Of a stretch of 64,000 nucleotides of DNA, positions 1 through 13,242 are shown in pieces. The stretch comes from Octopus vulgaris (taxonomy: Eukaryota), in assembly GCA_951406725.2 (NCBI GenBank), contig OX597823.1, positions 98,766,001 to 98,830,000 of the forward strand, written 5' to 3'. The position numbers were made by a program, and so were the translations under genes. Every line of letters begins with the position of its first letter. The first letter of the stretch is position 1. A model generated the notes under the pieces. The model was not told the DNA's origin and did no database searches. It saw only the letters and a list, made by a program, of their open reading frames with translations.

Positions 1-1558
1 ATTTGTATCTTTGTGGTACACAAGAGAAAACCATCCGAAAGTGGCCGTAGCCAGTACCGCATCGACTGGCCTCCGTGCTGTGGGCACATGACAAACACCA
101 TCCGATCGTGGCCGTTCGCCAGCCTCATCTAGCACCTGTGTCGGTGGCACATAAAAACACCATCCGAAGACCCGGCAAGACTAGTCAGGCCATAACCCAT
201 GGCCCCTACCTGGGACGTAGTCAGTCCACCTGTGCATACCTTCCTTCTTGTGACACTTGTGAAGACCTGTTGAGGCAAGTGAAAATCAAAACAAATCAAA
301 ATAGATGAACATCAATGGAATCTGTATCTTTGTGGTACCAGTGCCGGTGGCACACACTTTGTGGTACCAGTGCCGGTGGCACACAAGAGAACCATCCGAA
401 CGTGGCCGTAGCCAGTACCGCATCGACCGGCCTCCGTGCTGTGGGCACGTAACAAACACCATCCGATCATGGCCGTTCGCCAGCCTCATCTGGCACCTGT
501 GTCGGTGGCACATAAAAACACCTTCCGAAGACCCGGCAAGACTAGTCAGTCCACCTGTGCATACCTTCCTTCTTGTGACACTTGTGAAGACCGGTTGAGG
601 CAAGTGAAAATCAAATGAAATCAAAATAGACAAAATAGATGAACATCAATGGAATTTGTATCTTGTGGTACCAGTGCCTGTGGCACACAAGAAATCCATC
701 AGTGCTGTAGTCAGTGCGGTGGGCACATGACAAACACCATCCGATCGTGGCCGTTCGCCAGCCTCATCTAGCACCTGTGTCGGTGGCACATAAAAACACC
801 ATCCGAAGACCCGGCAAGACTAGTCAGGCCATAACCCATGGCCCCTACCTGGGACGTAGTCAGTCCACCTGTGCATACCTTCCTTCTTGTGACACTTGTG
901 AAGACCTGTTGAGGCAAGTGAAAATCAAAACAAATCAAAATAGATGAACATCAATGGAATTTGTATCTTTGTGGTACCAGTGCCGGTGGCACGTGGCACA
1001 TAAGAAAACCATCCGAACGTGGCCGTAGCCAGTACCGCATCGACTGGCCTCCGTGCTGTGGGCACGTAACAAGCACCATCCAATCGTGGCCGTTTGCCAG
1101 CCTCATCTGGCACCTGTGTCGGTGGCACATAAAAACACCATCCGAGCGTGGCCGTCTGCCAGCCTCGTCTGGCACCTGTGTCGGTGGCACATAAAAACAC
1201 CATCCGAGCGTGGCCGTCTGCCAGCCTCGTCTGGCACCTGTGTCGGTGGCACATAAAAAACACCATCCGAGCGTGGCCGTCTGCCAGCCTCGTCTGGCAC
1301 CTGTGTCGGTGGCACATAAAAAACACCATCCGAGCGTGGCCGTTTGCCAGCCTCGTCTGGCACCTGTGTCGGTGGCACATAAAATCACCCACTACACTCT
1401 CGGAGTGGTTGGCGTTAGGAAGGGCATCCAGCTGTAGAAACACTGCCAGATCTGACTGGACTGGTGCAGCTTTCGGGCTCCCCAGACCCCAGTTGAACCG
1501 TCCAACCCATGCTAGCATGGAAAGCGGACGTTAAATGATGATGATGATGATGATGATG
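1..1558 (+). mobile_element. RTE-type LINE 3' UTR, internally multiplied, ending in a (GAT)n tail
   Basis: Homologous to the 3' UTR that follows the RT at 51790-52332; block duplicated at offset 639; about 62-64 bp unit array at 1091-1383. Confidence 0.8.
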
Positions 1559-1669
1559 ACATATACATATATATATATATACATATGTATATATACATAT
1601 GCATATATATATATACATACATATATACTATGTATATATACATATGCATATATATATATACATATATAC

Positions 1670-1705
<36 letters not shown>

Positions 1706-1969
1706 TAAGGAAAAATTTTTTTAAAAATGCAGAATGCTCAAATGAAAGAAAATTTTAATAAAATGAGAAAATGATAAAATATATAAATATATATTTATTC
1801 AACCGGTTTTCGTCTTTGTATGACTTGTCAAGAATATTTATGTTTTAAGAAGTTATTTTAAAAATTAGAAAGGGGAAAAAAAGAAAATTGCATTGTTTTT
1901 TGTAAAAGAATAATGATAAAAATGTACAAAAATTAAAAAATAAGTTCTCCGATACATTGTGAGTTCGTT

Positions 1970-3445
1970 GTGTATCTTGAGTTTTATGGTTGTTTACCAA
2001 AAAATTACCTTGAGGTGTTAAGATCCAAAGGGATTAAGAGCATATCCTTTGATGTCATCAACCTCTACACCAACATTCCACACGAGTATGGTATAGAGGC
2101 AATTGACTTCTGGCTAGAAAAACACCCAGAGACATTCCCTGACCGCATTAACAAGTCTTTTATTACAGAATCTCTTAAGTTCATTCTGACAAACAATTTT
2201 TTTCCCTTCGACGACACACACTACCGTCAAAAATGTGGCATTGCGATGGGTACCAAGGCTGCACCAGTCCTTGCGAACCTCATAATGGGTTACTTCGAAC
2301 TGTCACTCTATGAAATATCAAGCCAGAAATTTGGACATGTTTTCCACACCTACCTAATGGAAAACTGGAAAAGGTATTTAGATGATTGTTTCATCATATG
2401 GAAAGAACCTTATGAAAAACTCCTGGAATTCAAAACCATACTAAACAACATACATCCCAACATCCAATTCACTATGGAATTAAGCAAACATCATCTCCCA
2501 TTCCTTGATCTCCTAATTATAAAAACACCTAAGAGCCAAATCATAACAGACATCTACCACAAATCTACAGACTCTCAACAATACCTCCGCTTTAGTTCAT
2601 GCCACCCAAATCACACCAAGACAAATATCCCTTTCAATTTAGCTAAAAGGGTATGCACCATTGTCTCGGATCCAAAAACACGAGAAATACGCCTTCAAGA
2701 CCTCAAAAAAACACTATTACAACGTCAATATCCCTCCACCCTTATAGAGTATGGAATAAAACGCGCCAAAGAACTAGACAACACTACACTGAAAACCACC
2801 CAACCTAACACCACACACAACCTCAAAATACTTCCATACATTTCCACCCACAACCCCAAAAATATCGAAGCATACACCACAATCATACAAAACCTCAGTC
2901 TACTGTCAACAGACCCAAAAATGAAAAACATTATAAATACACACAAAATCCTCAAATGCAAAAGGCAACACAAATCTTTAAAAAAACTCTTGACAAATGC
3001 CAAACTTCACACACCACATCCACCCCCAACAGTAAAAAAATGTGCACGCTCAAACTGTGGGACCTGCCCCTTTCTACTTGAAGGCTCTGAATTTACCTTC
3101 AAACAAGGTACGAAGTTTAAAATCAAGACTAACTTCTCCTGTTCCTCCAAGAACCTTATCTACATTCTCACATGCGCTGGTTGCCAACATAATTATGTTG
3201 GACAAACGAGTCTCCCGTTACGTAAACGAGTAACGGTGCATAAAGAACAAATAAATCTCCCGGAATACCGACAAATTCCACTGAGTGACCACTTAGACTC
3301 ATGTGCTAAAGACTTAAACCCCAAATTCTATATATTCCCCTTCTACCAATGTAAAGACGGGATCACCACACAGGAGAGAATTAACAAGGAGAATCTCTTT
3401 ATTGAAAAATTCCAAACACAACTTAATATGCAAACTCCTCGTTGA
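1970..3445 (+). CDS. Penelope-like RT / GIY-YIG endonuclease (N-terminally truncated; true RT sequence starts near 2044)
   Basis: SFDVINLYTNIP, GIAMGT, RYLDDCF, FLD, DIYHK, Cys-rich linker CARSNCGTC, NLIYILTC..C..NYVGQT, RKRVTVH, terminal LN. Confidence 0.9.
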   Translation: MYLEFYGCLPKNYLEVLRSKGIKSISFDVINLYTNIPHEYGIEAIDFWLEKHPETFPDRINKSFITESLKFILTNNFFPFDDTHYRQKCGIAMGTKAAPVLANLIMGYFELSLYEISSQKFGHVFHTYLMENWKRYLDDCFIIWKEPYEKLLEFKTILNNIHPNIQFTMELSKHHLPFLDLLIIKTPKSQIITDIYHKSTDSQQYLRFSSCHPNHTKTNIPFNLAKRVCTIVSDPKTREIRLQDLKKTLLQRQYPSTLIEYGIKRAKELDNTTLKTTQPNTTHNLKILPYISTHNPKNIEAYTTIIQNLSLLSTDPKMKNIINTHKILKCKRQHKSLKKLLTNAKLHTPHPPPTVKKCARSNCGTCPFLLEGSEFTFKQGTKFKIKTNFSCSSKNLIYILTCAGCQHNYVGQTSLPLRKRVTVHKEQINLPEYRQIPLSDHLDSCAKDLNPKFYIFPFYQCKDGITTQERINKENLFIEKFQTQLNMQTPR

Positions 3446-4077
3446 TCAAACTTCCTTTCTCTACCTCACTCTTCATGGATGGACTAACACAAATATATAA
3501 AGATACCATGCATTCATCACTTCAAGCTAAAACTTATATTCTTTAAATATCATTTTTACTATTGTTGTTATTACTATAATTTTTATTATAAATGATATGA
3601 CAATTTGAAATGCAATTGTCTATGCAGATTTATATTATTAGAAAATAATATAAATAAAGTGTTAAAATCTGAAAGTTAAGTTAACAAGCAATTATATAAA
3701 AAAGATAATGCAAATGAAGCTAAAATGATAGTTTTATAATTTGGGTTTTATTGAAGAACTCAAAAGAGTTGTCTCCCCTTACCCACAACACAGGAACTGA
3801 AGAACCAGGACCACAATTACTACTACTTCCTGTCCTGCAACATGCTGAATTTAACAACACAACACATCACATGCTCTTAATCCCTTTGGATCTTAACACC
3901 TCAAGGTAATTTTTTGGTAAACAACCATAAAACTCAAGATACACAACGAACTCACAATGTATCGGAGAACTTATTTTTTAATTTTTGTACATTTTTATCA
4001 TTATTCTTTTACAAAAAACAATGCAATTTTCTTTTTTTCCCCTTTCTAATTTTTAAAATAACTTCTTAAAACATAAA

Positions 4078-4118
4078 TATTCTTGACAAGTCATACAAAG
4101 ACGAAAACCGGTTGAATA
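4078..4118 (+). ncRNA. Variant minimal hammerhead ribozyme in the pLTR (C3U/G8A core); mirror copy at 1796-1836 on the minus strand
   Basis: TATTC-TTGACAA-GTC atacaaa GAC-GAAA-ACCGGT-T-GAATA; one extra A relative to the canonical core. Confidence 0.55.
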
Positions 4119-4378
4119 AATATATATTTATATATTTTATCATTTTCTCATTTTATTAAAATTTTCTTTCATTTGAGCATTCTGCATTTTTAAAAAAATT
4201 TTTCCTTACTTATCATTTCTCCACGTGCGGTCAACACAACCCCACCATTTATTGATCTATATATATATATATATAGTTAATCCAAACATGAAAACACAAA
4301 GACAAAACACAACAACGCGAGGACGTGGAACAAGTATAGTGTTATTGGACGCTCAGGAAAGGTAAGAAAGAAGGAGGA

Positions 4379-4411
4379 TTTAACGTTTCGAGCGGAGCTC
4401 TTCGTCAGAAA
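4379..4411 (-). ncRNA. Minimal type I hammerhead ribozyme
   Basis: Minus strand TTT-CTGACGA-a-GAGC tcc GCTC-GAAA-CG-TT-AAA. Confidence 0.75.
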
Positions 4412-4774
4412 CATAGAAAAAGGAAAGGTCCAGGGAAGGGGAGATGGAGAAAGAAAATAGCCAACGACACATGCAGTGACATATTGAAATAACCAGAAGG
4501 GAATGGGTGAAGAAAAAGTTCTTTCAAAGACAGGAGAGTGCAAGAGAAGGAGATATGTGTGTAGGGGGGTGGGTGTAGGTTTGTGTGTGTGTGTAATGAT
4601 AGCACGTATGTGTGTGGTTGTAGCTGTTTATCAATGTTTGTAGTTGGGCTTAGTATCATTTAAGGTCATAGGAAGAATTTATAGGATTTTTTGTGTAGGA
4701 GTGACTGCGTGTTGTGTGTCTACCTACACATTAGCGTTAGGAGAATGGTCAGTTGAAGGTACTGGTAGTTTGAA

Positions 4775-5520
4775 GTATGTGTGTGCACGTGTATGTATAT
4801 GTAGTGTGTGTATGTTTTGCTTGCAGTGTGTGTGTATGTATGTGTATGCATAGGGGTTGTGTATGGGGGAGTAACTGTACTTTACTCTGTCTATGTGTGC
4901 TTGTATGTGCGTATATGTGTGTACATGTATGTATAATTGTGTGCGTGTACGTATGAGTGTGTGCTGTGTGTGTCTATATATGTATGTTTGTGTGCGTGTA
5001 TGCATATATTGTGTGTGTATGGTTTGTGTAGGCGTATATGTGCATACCTGTGTGTATGTGTGTGCATGCATGTACTTACGTGCATGTTTGTGCCCATGTG
5101 TGTGTAATTGTGAGCGTGTCTGTATGTGCATTGTGTATGTTGGAGGTATATGTGCTAGTGTGTGTGTGTGCTCACGTGTGTATATGTGTGTGTGCATGTA
5201 TGTATGTGCGTGTGTACATTTGTGTGTGTGTGTATGTGCGTGTGTCGGGTTATGTGTGCCTTTTGTTGCATGTATGCTCATGTGCTTGAGTGTGTATGTG
5301 GTTGTGTGTACATTTATGTGTGTGTGTATAAAGGTATGTGTGTCTGTGTGTGTGGGGGTTGTGTGGGATAGGTATCTGTCAATTCCTGTGTGTGTGCATG
5401 CGCATGTTGTATGCGAGTGGGTGTGTGTGTGTATGTATGTGTGTGTGTGTGTATGTGCATGTATGTGTGTGGGAGATATATGTGCGTTTGTGGATATGTA
5501 CGTATGTGTGTGTATGTATA
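4775..5520. repeat. Degenerate (GT/GTAT)n low-complexity tract
   Basis: Seen directly. Confidence 0.9.
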
Positions 5521-5567
5521 CAGAAATAAAAACAATAAAATATAAACACATTGATATATATCACATT

Positions 5568-5960
5568 GATACCAGTGCCACCTAACTGGTTCCCATGCCA
5601 GTGGCACGAAAAAAGCACCCACTACACTCATGGAGTGGTTGGCATTAGGAAAGGCATCAAGCTGTAGAAACATTGCTAAATCAGATTACAGCCTGGTGCA
5701 GCCTCCTGGCTTGCCAGTCTCCAGTCAAACCATCCGACCCATGCCAGCATGGAAAAGGGACGTTAAACAATGATGATGATAATGATGGTCATCATCATCG
5801 TTTAACGTCCGCTTTCCATGCTAGCATGGGTTGGACGGTTCAACTGGGGTCTGGGAAGCCCGAAGGCTGCACCAGGCCAGTCAGATCTGGCAGTGTTTCT
5901 ACAGCTGGTTGCCCTTCCTAACGCCAACCACTCCGAGAGTGTAAATGATGATGATGATGA
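5568..5960. mobile_element. Two RTE 3'-tail fragments, tail to tail (+ 5568-5790, - 5789-5941)
   Basis: caacccatgctagcatggaaagcggacgttaaa(cga)tgatgat-type tail in opposite orientations. Confidence 0.75.
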
Positions 5961-5975
5961 TATATATGTATATAT

Positions 5976-6390
5976 TATTGTGTCTGGGGAGAGTCGTATA
6001 TTAGTAAGCTAATTTGGACATTAAAATGTTTTTGATTGCATGGGAAATAATTAGTAAGGCAAAATCTTATAGAATAGGTGATAATAGACGTGACCTTTGT
6101 GTGGAAAATAAGTACCAAATTTTCACATCTGAATTTACTCTTTATAAACAGTTGACAGGAACAGGCTATGAGATGTCCACACTGAACAAAATATATGTTT
6201 AAATGATTTCAATAAACATAACTTACCATCTATAGTAATTATACTAGTTAAAATAATGATTGTGTTAATAAATGCTATTTAATAACAATAATATTAACTG
6301 AGGGTATAAACCCAGAATAAGTGAGATACCGCTGAATAAAAATGTACTCCATACAGCAAAATGTAAAGAAAACTGCTACAATTGTAATAT
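5976..6390 (+). mobile_element. Decayed Penelope-like endonuclease C-terminus and 3' region
   Basis: WEIISKAKSYRIGDNRRDLCVENKYQI resembles the PLE GIY-YIG C-terminus (W.I...A..Y..G...C.LC..EK..I); follows a TA run. Confidence 0.5.
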
Positions 6391-6399
6391 AAATTATCA

Positions 6400-6971
6400 T
6401 TATCATCATTTAACGTCCGTTTTCCATGTAGCATGGGTTGGACTGTTCGACCGGGGTCTGGAAAGCCAGGAGGCTGCACCAGGCCCAGTCTGGTCTGGCA
6501 GTGTTTCTACAGCTGGATGCCCTTCCTAATGCCAACCACTCCGTGAGTGTAGTGGGAGCTTTTTACGTGCCACTGGCACAGATGCCAGGGGAGGCTGGCA
6601 GCGGCCATGATCGGTTGGTGCATTTTACATGCCACCGGCACAGAAGCCAGTCAAGGCGACGCTGGCATCAGCTACGTTCAGATGGTGCTTTTTATGTGCC
6701 ACTGGCACAGGTATCACAACTACAATTTCCATTTGATATTTATTTTGATGTTGATGTACTTGACTCAATAGGTCTCCTCAAGCACAGCAGGTCACCCTAC
6801 GATCCAAGGTAAGCACAGCAGGTCGTTCTGCAATTCAAGGTACTTTGGATGGGCTTGGGGCTATGTGAAACTGGTGCAGGAAGCAGCCATGAACTCACAT
6901 TATTTGTCGGGTCTTTGCAGTCACAGCATATCTCCAGAGATCTCGGTCTTTTGTCATTGTCTCTGTGAGGT
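6400..6971 (-). mobile_element. RTE LINE 3' fragment
   Basis: (CAT)n tail, UTR and end of ORF; similar to 9373-9920. Confidence 0.8.
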
Positions 6972-7808
6972 CATAAAGAAAAATTTTTAAACCACGATTC
7001 AACTGTAATACCAGCAGAGGTGATTATAAAACCAGAATTCAATTGGATTTAAAAAGTGACACTTTCACCTTCAGCTGAATACCAACACAGGAAGCTTGCT
7101 TGAATTAGTTCACTTTGAAAATATCATAAGTGATGGACCCTTGATGAAATTGCAGTGACTAGGATGCATAATTGCATACAGAGCAATGAGCAGTTGCTGC
7201 AGTAGAAACATATGTTGGCCATTGTTATATATGCTGTAGAAAACTTTATCAATAAAAAACTGAATAAATCTCCACTCTCCTTTTGGTCTCCAATTATATA
7301 TGTATGTATCAAAAACGTGAGGAGGTATGAGAAGTGAATATATTCATTTATCCACTTGATATTCATAAGCCTTCATCATATAATAATAATTTCAATGTAT
7401 AATAAATTATTTTACACTGAAATTATGTACTGAAATTTTTTATTACATGATGAAAGCTGCAATACAGCTTTATCCCATGGATATCAAATGGTTAAATAAA
7501 CATATTCACCTCCCATGTCGCCTGACTTTTTATGATGTATATACTCCACATGAAATAATTTCATAGATTGGATCTACGAGATTTTAGCTACAAAGGACTC
7601 TACATTACACTCCTCAGTACTGGATTACTATTTGTCAGGTCCTTTCTGTGATTGCCACAGGATTCTATAAAGTCGTGTGTGTGTACATGCATGTATGTGT
7701 GTGTATGTACATATATTATATATTTAATAATAATTTGAGGGAATATTGATCCAAACTTACAGGGATAAATTCAATTTAGAAATACTAAATCAAATTTCAC
7801 AAAATATA

Positions 7809-8064
7809 ATATATATATAAATCAGAAAAAAAAACACCTTTTATCAATTCAAAATGAAAAATTAAATTACACCATCTAGAAAATTACATATAATAGAAAT
7901 ATTACCAAATATATACGTATTATTTTGCACATTACTTAATTATCGGTATATTATTTTTTATCTCACATTTAATATTTCTATTATATGTAATTTTCTAGAT
8001 GGTGTAATTTAATTTTTCCTTTTGAATTGATAAAAGGTGTTTTTTTTCTAATTTATATATATAT
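7809..8064. repeat. Inverted repeat (arms about 95 bp, 65-bp spacer) in an AT-rich PLE-like terminus
   Basis: 7809-7904 vs 7970-8064 are near-perfect reverse complements. Confidence 0.85.
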
Positions 8065-9320
8065 TTATATATATAATGTAACATCAGGATGAAGGTTAAT
8101 AACCTTTGATGTAGGTTTTGCAGTCATTTTCATATATTTGTCATTCCATTTGATAATTGGGTCATTCAAATTCACGAAAAACATTATTGCCATGAAGTTA
8201 GTCATTTAAATTCATTTTCTAATTATTCAATTTCACACTTTGGTCAAAGAATTTAGTATTCACATCATTCAAATTAAAATGCTCATTGAGAGCATTCAAA
8301 TTAGTCGGAATGCGAGGAAGCGTCTTTCTGTGCATTCAAATTCGTTTCAGAGCAATCTGTTTAACACTTCAAGCAATCAAATTAGCACAATAACTGTTTC
8401 GGATTTTGTCTTATGATCATTGTTATCTTAATCATGTGTCTTCATCCATTGTTTATGCTTTAAGCACTCTGTCGAGCGCCCATGTCTTTCTTGTGTGTTC
8501 TTTTATTTTTTGTATAGGTACCTGTATCCTAACAATGGATGAATCACTTCATGAATCACTTTCTAGCCTTTGCAATCTTTTTAAAGAAACTCATAATTAT
8601 AATAATATGCTCCCCAGTGATAGAGAAAATGCAAAATCAAAGAAATATATACTTTTCCCAGCGAGACACATTATGCAAAGAAGAACACACATCACAGCAT
8701 AAAGTATTGAAAATCAAAGAAAATGAGCATTTGTTGTAATTGTGAGTTTCTAAGGTATAACATGTGGCAGCCACACAACAGCATAGGAGCTCTTAAACAT
8801 GCATTACACAGGTTTTACCCAAAATACACTACACACACACACACACACACACACACCAGCAGTAGCATTTAACACTCTTTTTCTATGCTGGCACAGATGG
8901 ATGGTTTGATGGAAGCTGCCCAAATTCCATATCGTTTTGGCAGGGTTTCTATGGTTAGGTACCCATCCTAATGCTAACCTCTTTACAGAGTGTGGACTGG
9001 GTGCTTTTACATAGCTAGGACATGAGTGCTTTTATGTGGAACTGGTACAGGTGCCTTTTTACATGACACCAGCACCCATGAGCCCATAAGATTAGGAACA
9101 CTCAGTTGGAGAGGGATGCAGGGGACATACCTGAATGCAAGGACAACCACAATTTTACTTAGCTTGACATATCTTCTCAAGTACAGCAAACTGCCAGGAG
9201 CCACAGTCCCCTGTCATCTCCTTTGTGAGTCTCAATGTCTGTGGGTCCTTTCTCACTACTCCATCTTTGTCCCACATCTTTCTGAGCCTACCCCTTCAAC
9301 ATGTTTCCTCCACAATTATA

Positions 9321-9372
<52 letters not shown>

Positions 9373-9375
<3 letters not shown>

Positions 9376-10503
9376 TCATCATCATCATTTAACGTCCGTT
9401 TTCCATGCTAGCATGGGTTGGACCATTTCACCAGGATCTGTGAAGCCATAGGGGCTGCAACAGGCTCCAGTCTGATCTGGCAATGTTTCTACAGCTGGAT
9501 GCCCTTCCTAATGCCAACCACTCCATGAGTGTAGTGGGTGCTTTTTACATGCCACTGGCACAGGTGCCAGGGGAGGCCGGCAACAGCCACGATCAATTGG
9601 TGCTTTCTACATGCCACTGGCACAGAAGCCAGTCAAGGCAGTGCTGGCATCAGCCACGTTCAGATGGTGCTTTTTATGTGCCACTGTCATGGGTATCACA
9701 ACTACAATTTCCATTTGATATTTATTTTGATGTTGATGTACTTGACTCAATAGGTCTCCTCAAGCACAGCAGGTCACCCTACAATCCAAGGTACTTTGGA
9801 TGGGCTGGGGCTGCTATGTGAAGCTGGTGCAGGAAACAGCCATGAACTCACATTATTTGTCGGGTCTTCGCAGTCACAGCATATCTCCAGAGGTCTCAGT
9901 CTTTTGTCATTGCCTCTGTGAGGCCCAACGTTCGAAGGTCATGCTTGACCACCTCATCTCATGTCTTCCTGGGTCTACCTCTACCCCAGATTCCTTCAAC
10001 TGTTTGGGAGTGGCACTTCTTCACACATCTTTCCTCATCCATCCATAGTACATGACCATACCAGCACAAACGTCTCTCTTGCATGCCACATCCGATGCTT
10101 CTTATGTCCAGCAATTCTCTCAGGGCACTTACACTCTGTCATGTGTGCACACTGACATTACACATCCAGCGGATCATGCTAGCTTCATTTCTTTCTAGCC
10201 TATACATGTCCTCTGCAGTCACAGCCTATATTTCACTACCATGAAGCATGGCATTTCGCACACATGCGTCATACAATCTACCTTTCACTCTGAGCGAGAG
10301 ACCCTTTGTCACCAGTAGGGGTAGGAGCTTTCTAAACTTTGCCCAGGCTATTCTTATTCTGATGGTAACACTCTCTGAGCATCCACTTCCACTACTAACT
10401 TGGTCACCTAGGTAGCGGAAACTATCAACTACTTCTAGTTTCTTCCCCTGGAGTGTAATGGAATCTATTTTCTGAGTATCAGTGGTGTCTATTGCTTCTG
10501 TGC
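9373..10503 (-). mobile_element. RTE LINE, 5'-truncated
   Basis: LEVVDSFRYLGD...AWAKFRKL...KGRLYDACVRNAMLHGSE, then UTR and (CAT)n. Confidence 0.88.
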
Positions 10504-11233
10504 ATATATATATATATGTAGAAAGAAAGAAAGAAAGAAAGATGTTATGTGTCATGCAAAAAGAAGTCATGCTTGTCCCCGAAGTCTTCCCACTTTTCCT
10601 TTTCTCAGTCAATATCACAGACCATATTCATAAAAAATGCAAATAAACTTTAATGAAATTCTTTCCCCATAACTACTGATTTAGTAATTATTCTGCCAAC
10701 AGAATTTGTACGGCCAACAATCTTATCTTTAAGATATTGTGTTTCCTTTCCATTTTATGCAAATTAATTTAAACCAAACATCATGTATGCTTAAACAGAG
10801 AAAGATGCTTATTAATCAGTTATGAGTATGCCACTTTTATTGAATGAAAGCAATTACTAAAGTTCACATTGTCTAAAAAATTCTTATAAATTCCAGTTTT
10901 GATATTTTTATCAAAATGTGACTGAAAATTCTATTATTATTGAAGATCCCAACTATATGTTTCAACCAGAAAACTAATTGTAATTCACTTTGAGATAGTC
11001 ATTGTTTTTTAATGTCTTACTCTCGTCTGTCTTTGTCTCATCTGTCTCGTACATACTTCATCTGAATATCCCTTGCTTTCTATTATTTCTTTGTTTATCT
11101 CCTCTTTTCCAATTAGTTTTTCTCTATCCCTACCCTTATAACTTTTCCTATCTCACTTATCCTCATCGTTTTTTCCCAGTGTCTTACTCCTTTGCCTCAT
11201 TGTCTCTTTTCTCTCTAACACATATCACATGTC

Positions 11234-11293
<60 letters not shown>

Positions 11294-11814
11294 CTTTGCT
11301 CATTCTCTACTTCCTCTATTCAACTATTTTCATTACATATAAAGGATCACAAAGTTTTCCATTACTATACTTTGGGAACATTTGCGGAAAATTTTCCATC
11401 AAATGTAACATTCAAACATAAGCCATCTTAATGCAAACACGAGTGACTGTTCTTATGATTTTGTTCTTTTTACAAACTCTTATTTACATTAATTCTTTGA
11501 ATTCTTTCACACGATTATCATTTTCAGTTATTATGTTTCTACATTTTCCTCAAATCTTGTATATGCAAAATTAAGACAATATGTGCACATACACACACAT
11601 ACACACACACACACACACACATACACACACACACACACACACACATTGGCAGATATACACATTAAAGCAGTTTTGTACAAACAAACATGATATATATACT
11701 AACAAAAAGAAACCACCAGAGGGCAATGTTTCTGCTTGTGCATATAATGCAGTCTCCCACCACCAATCTGCGTTAATAACTATGTACATGCATACATACA
11801 TAGACATCTACATT

Positions 11815-12320
11815 CAGGGGTGAGACAATATAATTGAAATACCTTACGAAATGGAAGAAGTTTTTTTATTTAATACAAAGCTGGTCGACTTTTGGCATTA
11901 ATATATCAAGGGATTGACTTGTAAAGGTCCTGAACAGTTATAGGGATATAACAGTTGTGGGGGATAAAACCCAAGTGATCTACTTTACTTCTGTGTCTTT
12001 AAAACTAATTTTGAATAACTAATTGTGTGAATTGACTTATTATCATTCTGGAAGATTATGCTACCAACAGAGAATATTTGTACCATAAGATGGACATTAT
12101 CAGCCAAAATATTCAGATAATCTTTGTTGTTAACACTGCCATGTCGAATAACTAAACAGTCAAGAAAATTCAGTATTATAGCTGCCCAGATCAAATCAGA
12201 AACATCTCTATGTTTCACAGTTAGAGCAAAACAGTTTCCAGACATAAATTCGCCCCAAAAAGGGGAAAAGGGTGAATGATGATTTATCAGAATAGATGAT
12301 ATTGTTTTATTGAGCCAGTG
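11815..12320 (-). mobile_element. Tc1-like transposase remnant
   Basis: TVKHRDVSDLIWAAI...YLNILADNVH...IIFQNDNKSIHT matches the Tc1 catalytic-domain consensus (VKHGGGSVMIW...FQDDNAPIH). Confidence 0.65.
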
Positions 12321-13203
12321 ACCAACTCTGATTATCTGGGCACCATTTTTTCTGCTTAGCAATATTGACAAGAGAGATTCAGCAACTGCAGCTCTCCCCT
12401 TGTGTCCACCTTTATGGCATATGGCATTCATTACATTACCCTTAACTTTTTTAACCAAATTAACCAATTGGTCAATTTGAGTTAATTTTCTTGGCCCATT
12501 TTTTAAAACTTAGTTTTGTATGTTCCAAAGTTCTATGTTAAAAAAAAAGTACAATAGGAAAAACTATACAAATAATTGTGTTTAGCATTGTTTATTTTTG
12601 ATTGCATTGTTTATTTTCATTGACATTTAAGTTTTTTTAAAATACATTTTGGATTTTACATCTTTTCACTAAATTTTTTAATCAAGTTTTGAGTGAATTG
12701 TTAGTTTTCGTAAAAGAAAAAGAAACAAACAATTTTGGTTTCTCATTGCATGTATGTGTGGAAGACTTAGTTATTCAAAATAAATACCAGTCATACAATG
12801 AGGTTCATTTAGCTGTTGAGTAGTATCCATCACCATTCACAACTGTCCTTGTTTTTTTGTCAAAAGAAATCATTATTGTAGTTATTTTTGTTGCAGTTGT
12901 GTTACTTTATAATGTAATTATTGAAAACTTCAGCCATGAAAGGTTTTGTTTCCGAAGGAAAAATTTGTTTATAAATATAATTAAAAACGTTGTTGACTAG
13001 CTATACCGACTCTGATTGTATCGCAACTGTTAGGTTTTCATTAAAAGTCTACTTTGCTGTACAAAGAGAGTTTCACTCACCATTTAGTCTGAAACCATTC
13101 CTTTGTTGTCTTCACAATTAACTTTATGTTTCACTTTCCTAAAAAAAGAATTGATTTTATAAACTTGAATTCCAAAAGCAGAATGAGTGTATATGCACAT
13201 GCG

Positions 13204-13242
<39 letters not shown>

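Larger units (their letters stand above)
1701..4256 (+). mobile_element. Penelope-like retroelement (Neptune-like), 5'-truncated with inverted pLTR, flanked by (TA)n
   Basis: RT plus GIY-YIG ORF; inverted repeat 1701-2043 / 3871-4213; hammerhead-like motif in the pLTR; TA runs on both sides. Confidence 0.92.
4277..5560 (-). mobile_element. 3' end of a second Penelope-like family with a CA/GT-rich body
   Basis: Abuts (TA)n; canonical hammerhead at 4379-4411; related termini at 47905 and 59502. Confidence 0.6.

Noticed and set aside
1091-1383. Regularly spaced repeats resembling a CRISPR array
   Set aside because: Whole 62-64 bp units repeat with no unique spacers; eukaryotic LINE UTR; no cas genes.
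1970-2043. N-terminus of the 491-aa ORF as a genuine protein start
   Set aside because: It derives from the inverted pLTR with a TTG start; the RT lacks its N-terminal motifs.
4724-5585. His/Thr- and Cys/Val-rich ORFs of 230-275 aa (similar ones at 54191-54945)
   Set aside because: Artefacts of CA/GT low-complexity DNA.
6291-6345. Possible hammerhead after the PLE remnant (ctgag ggtat...atacc)
   Set aside because: The GAAA box and stems I/III are not recognisable.
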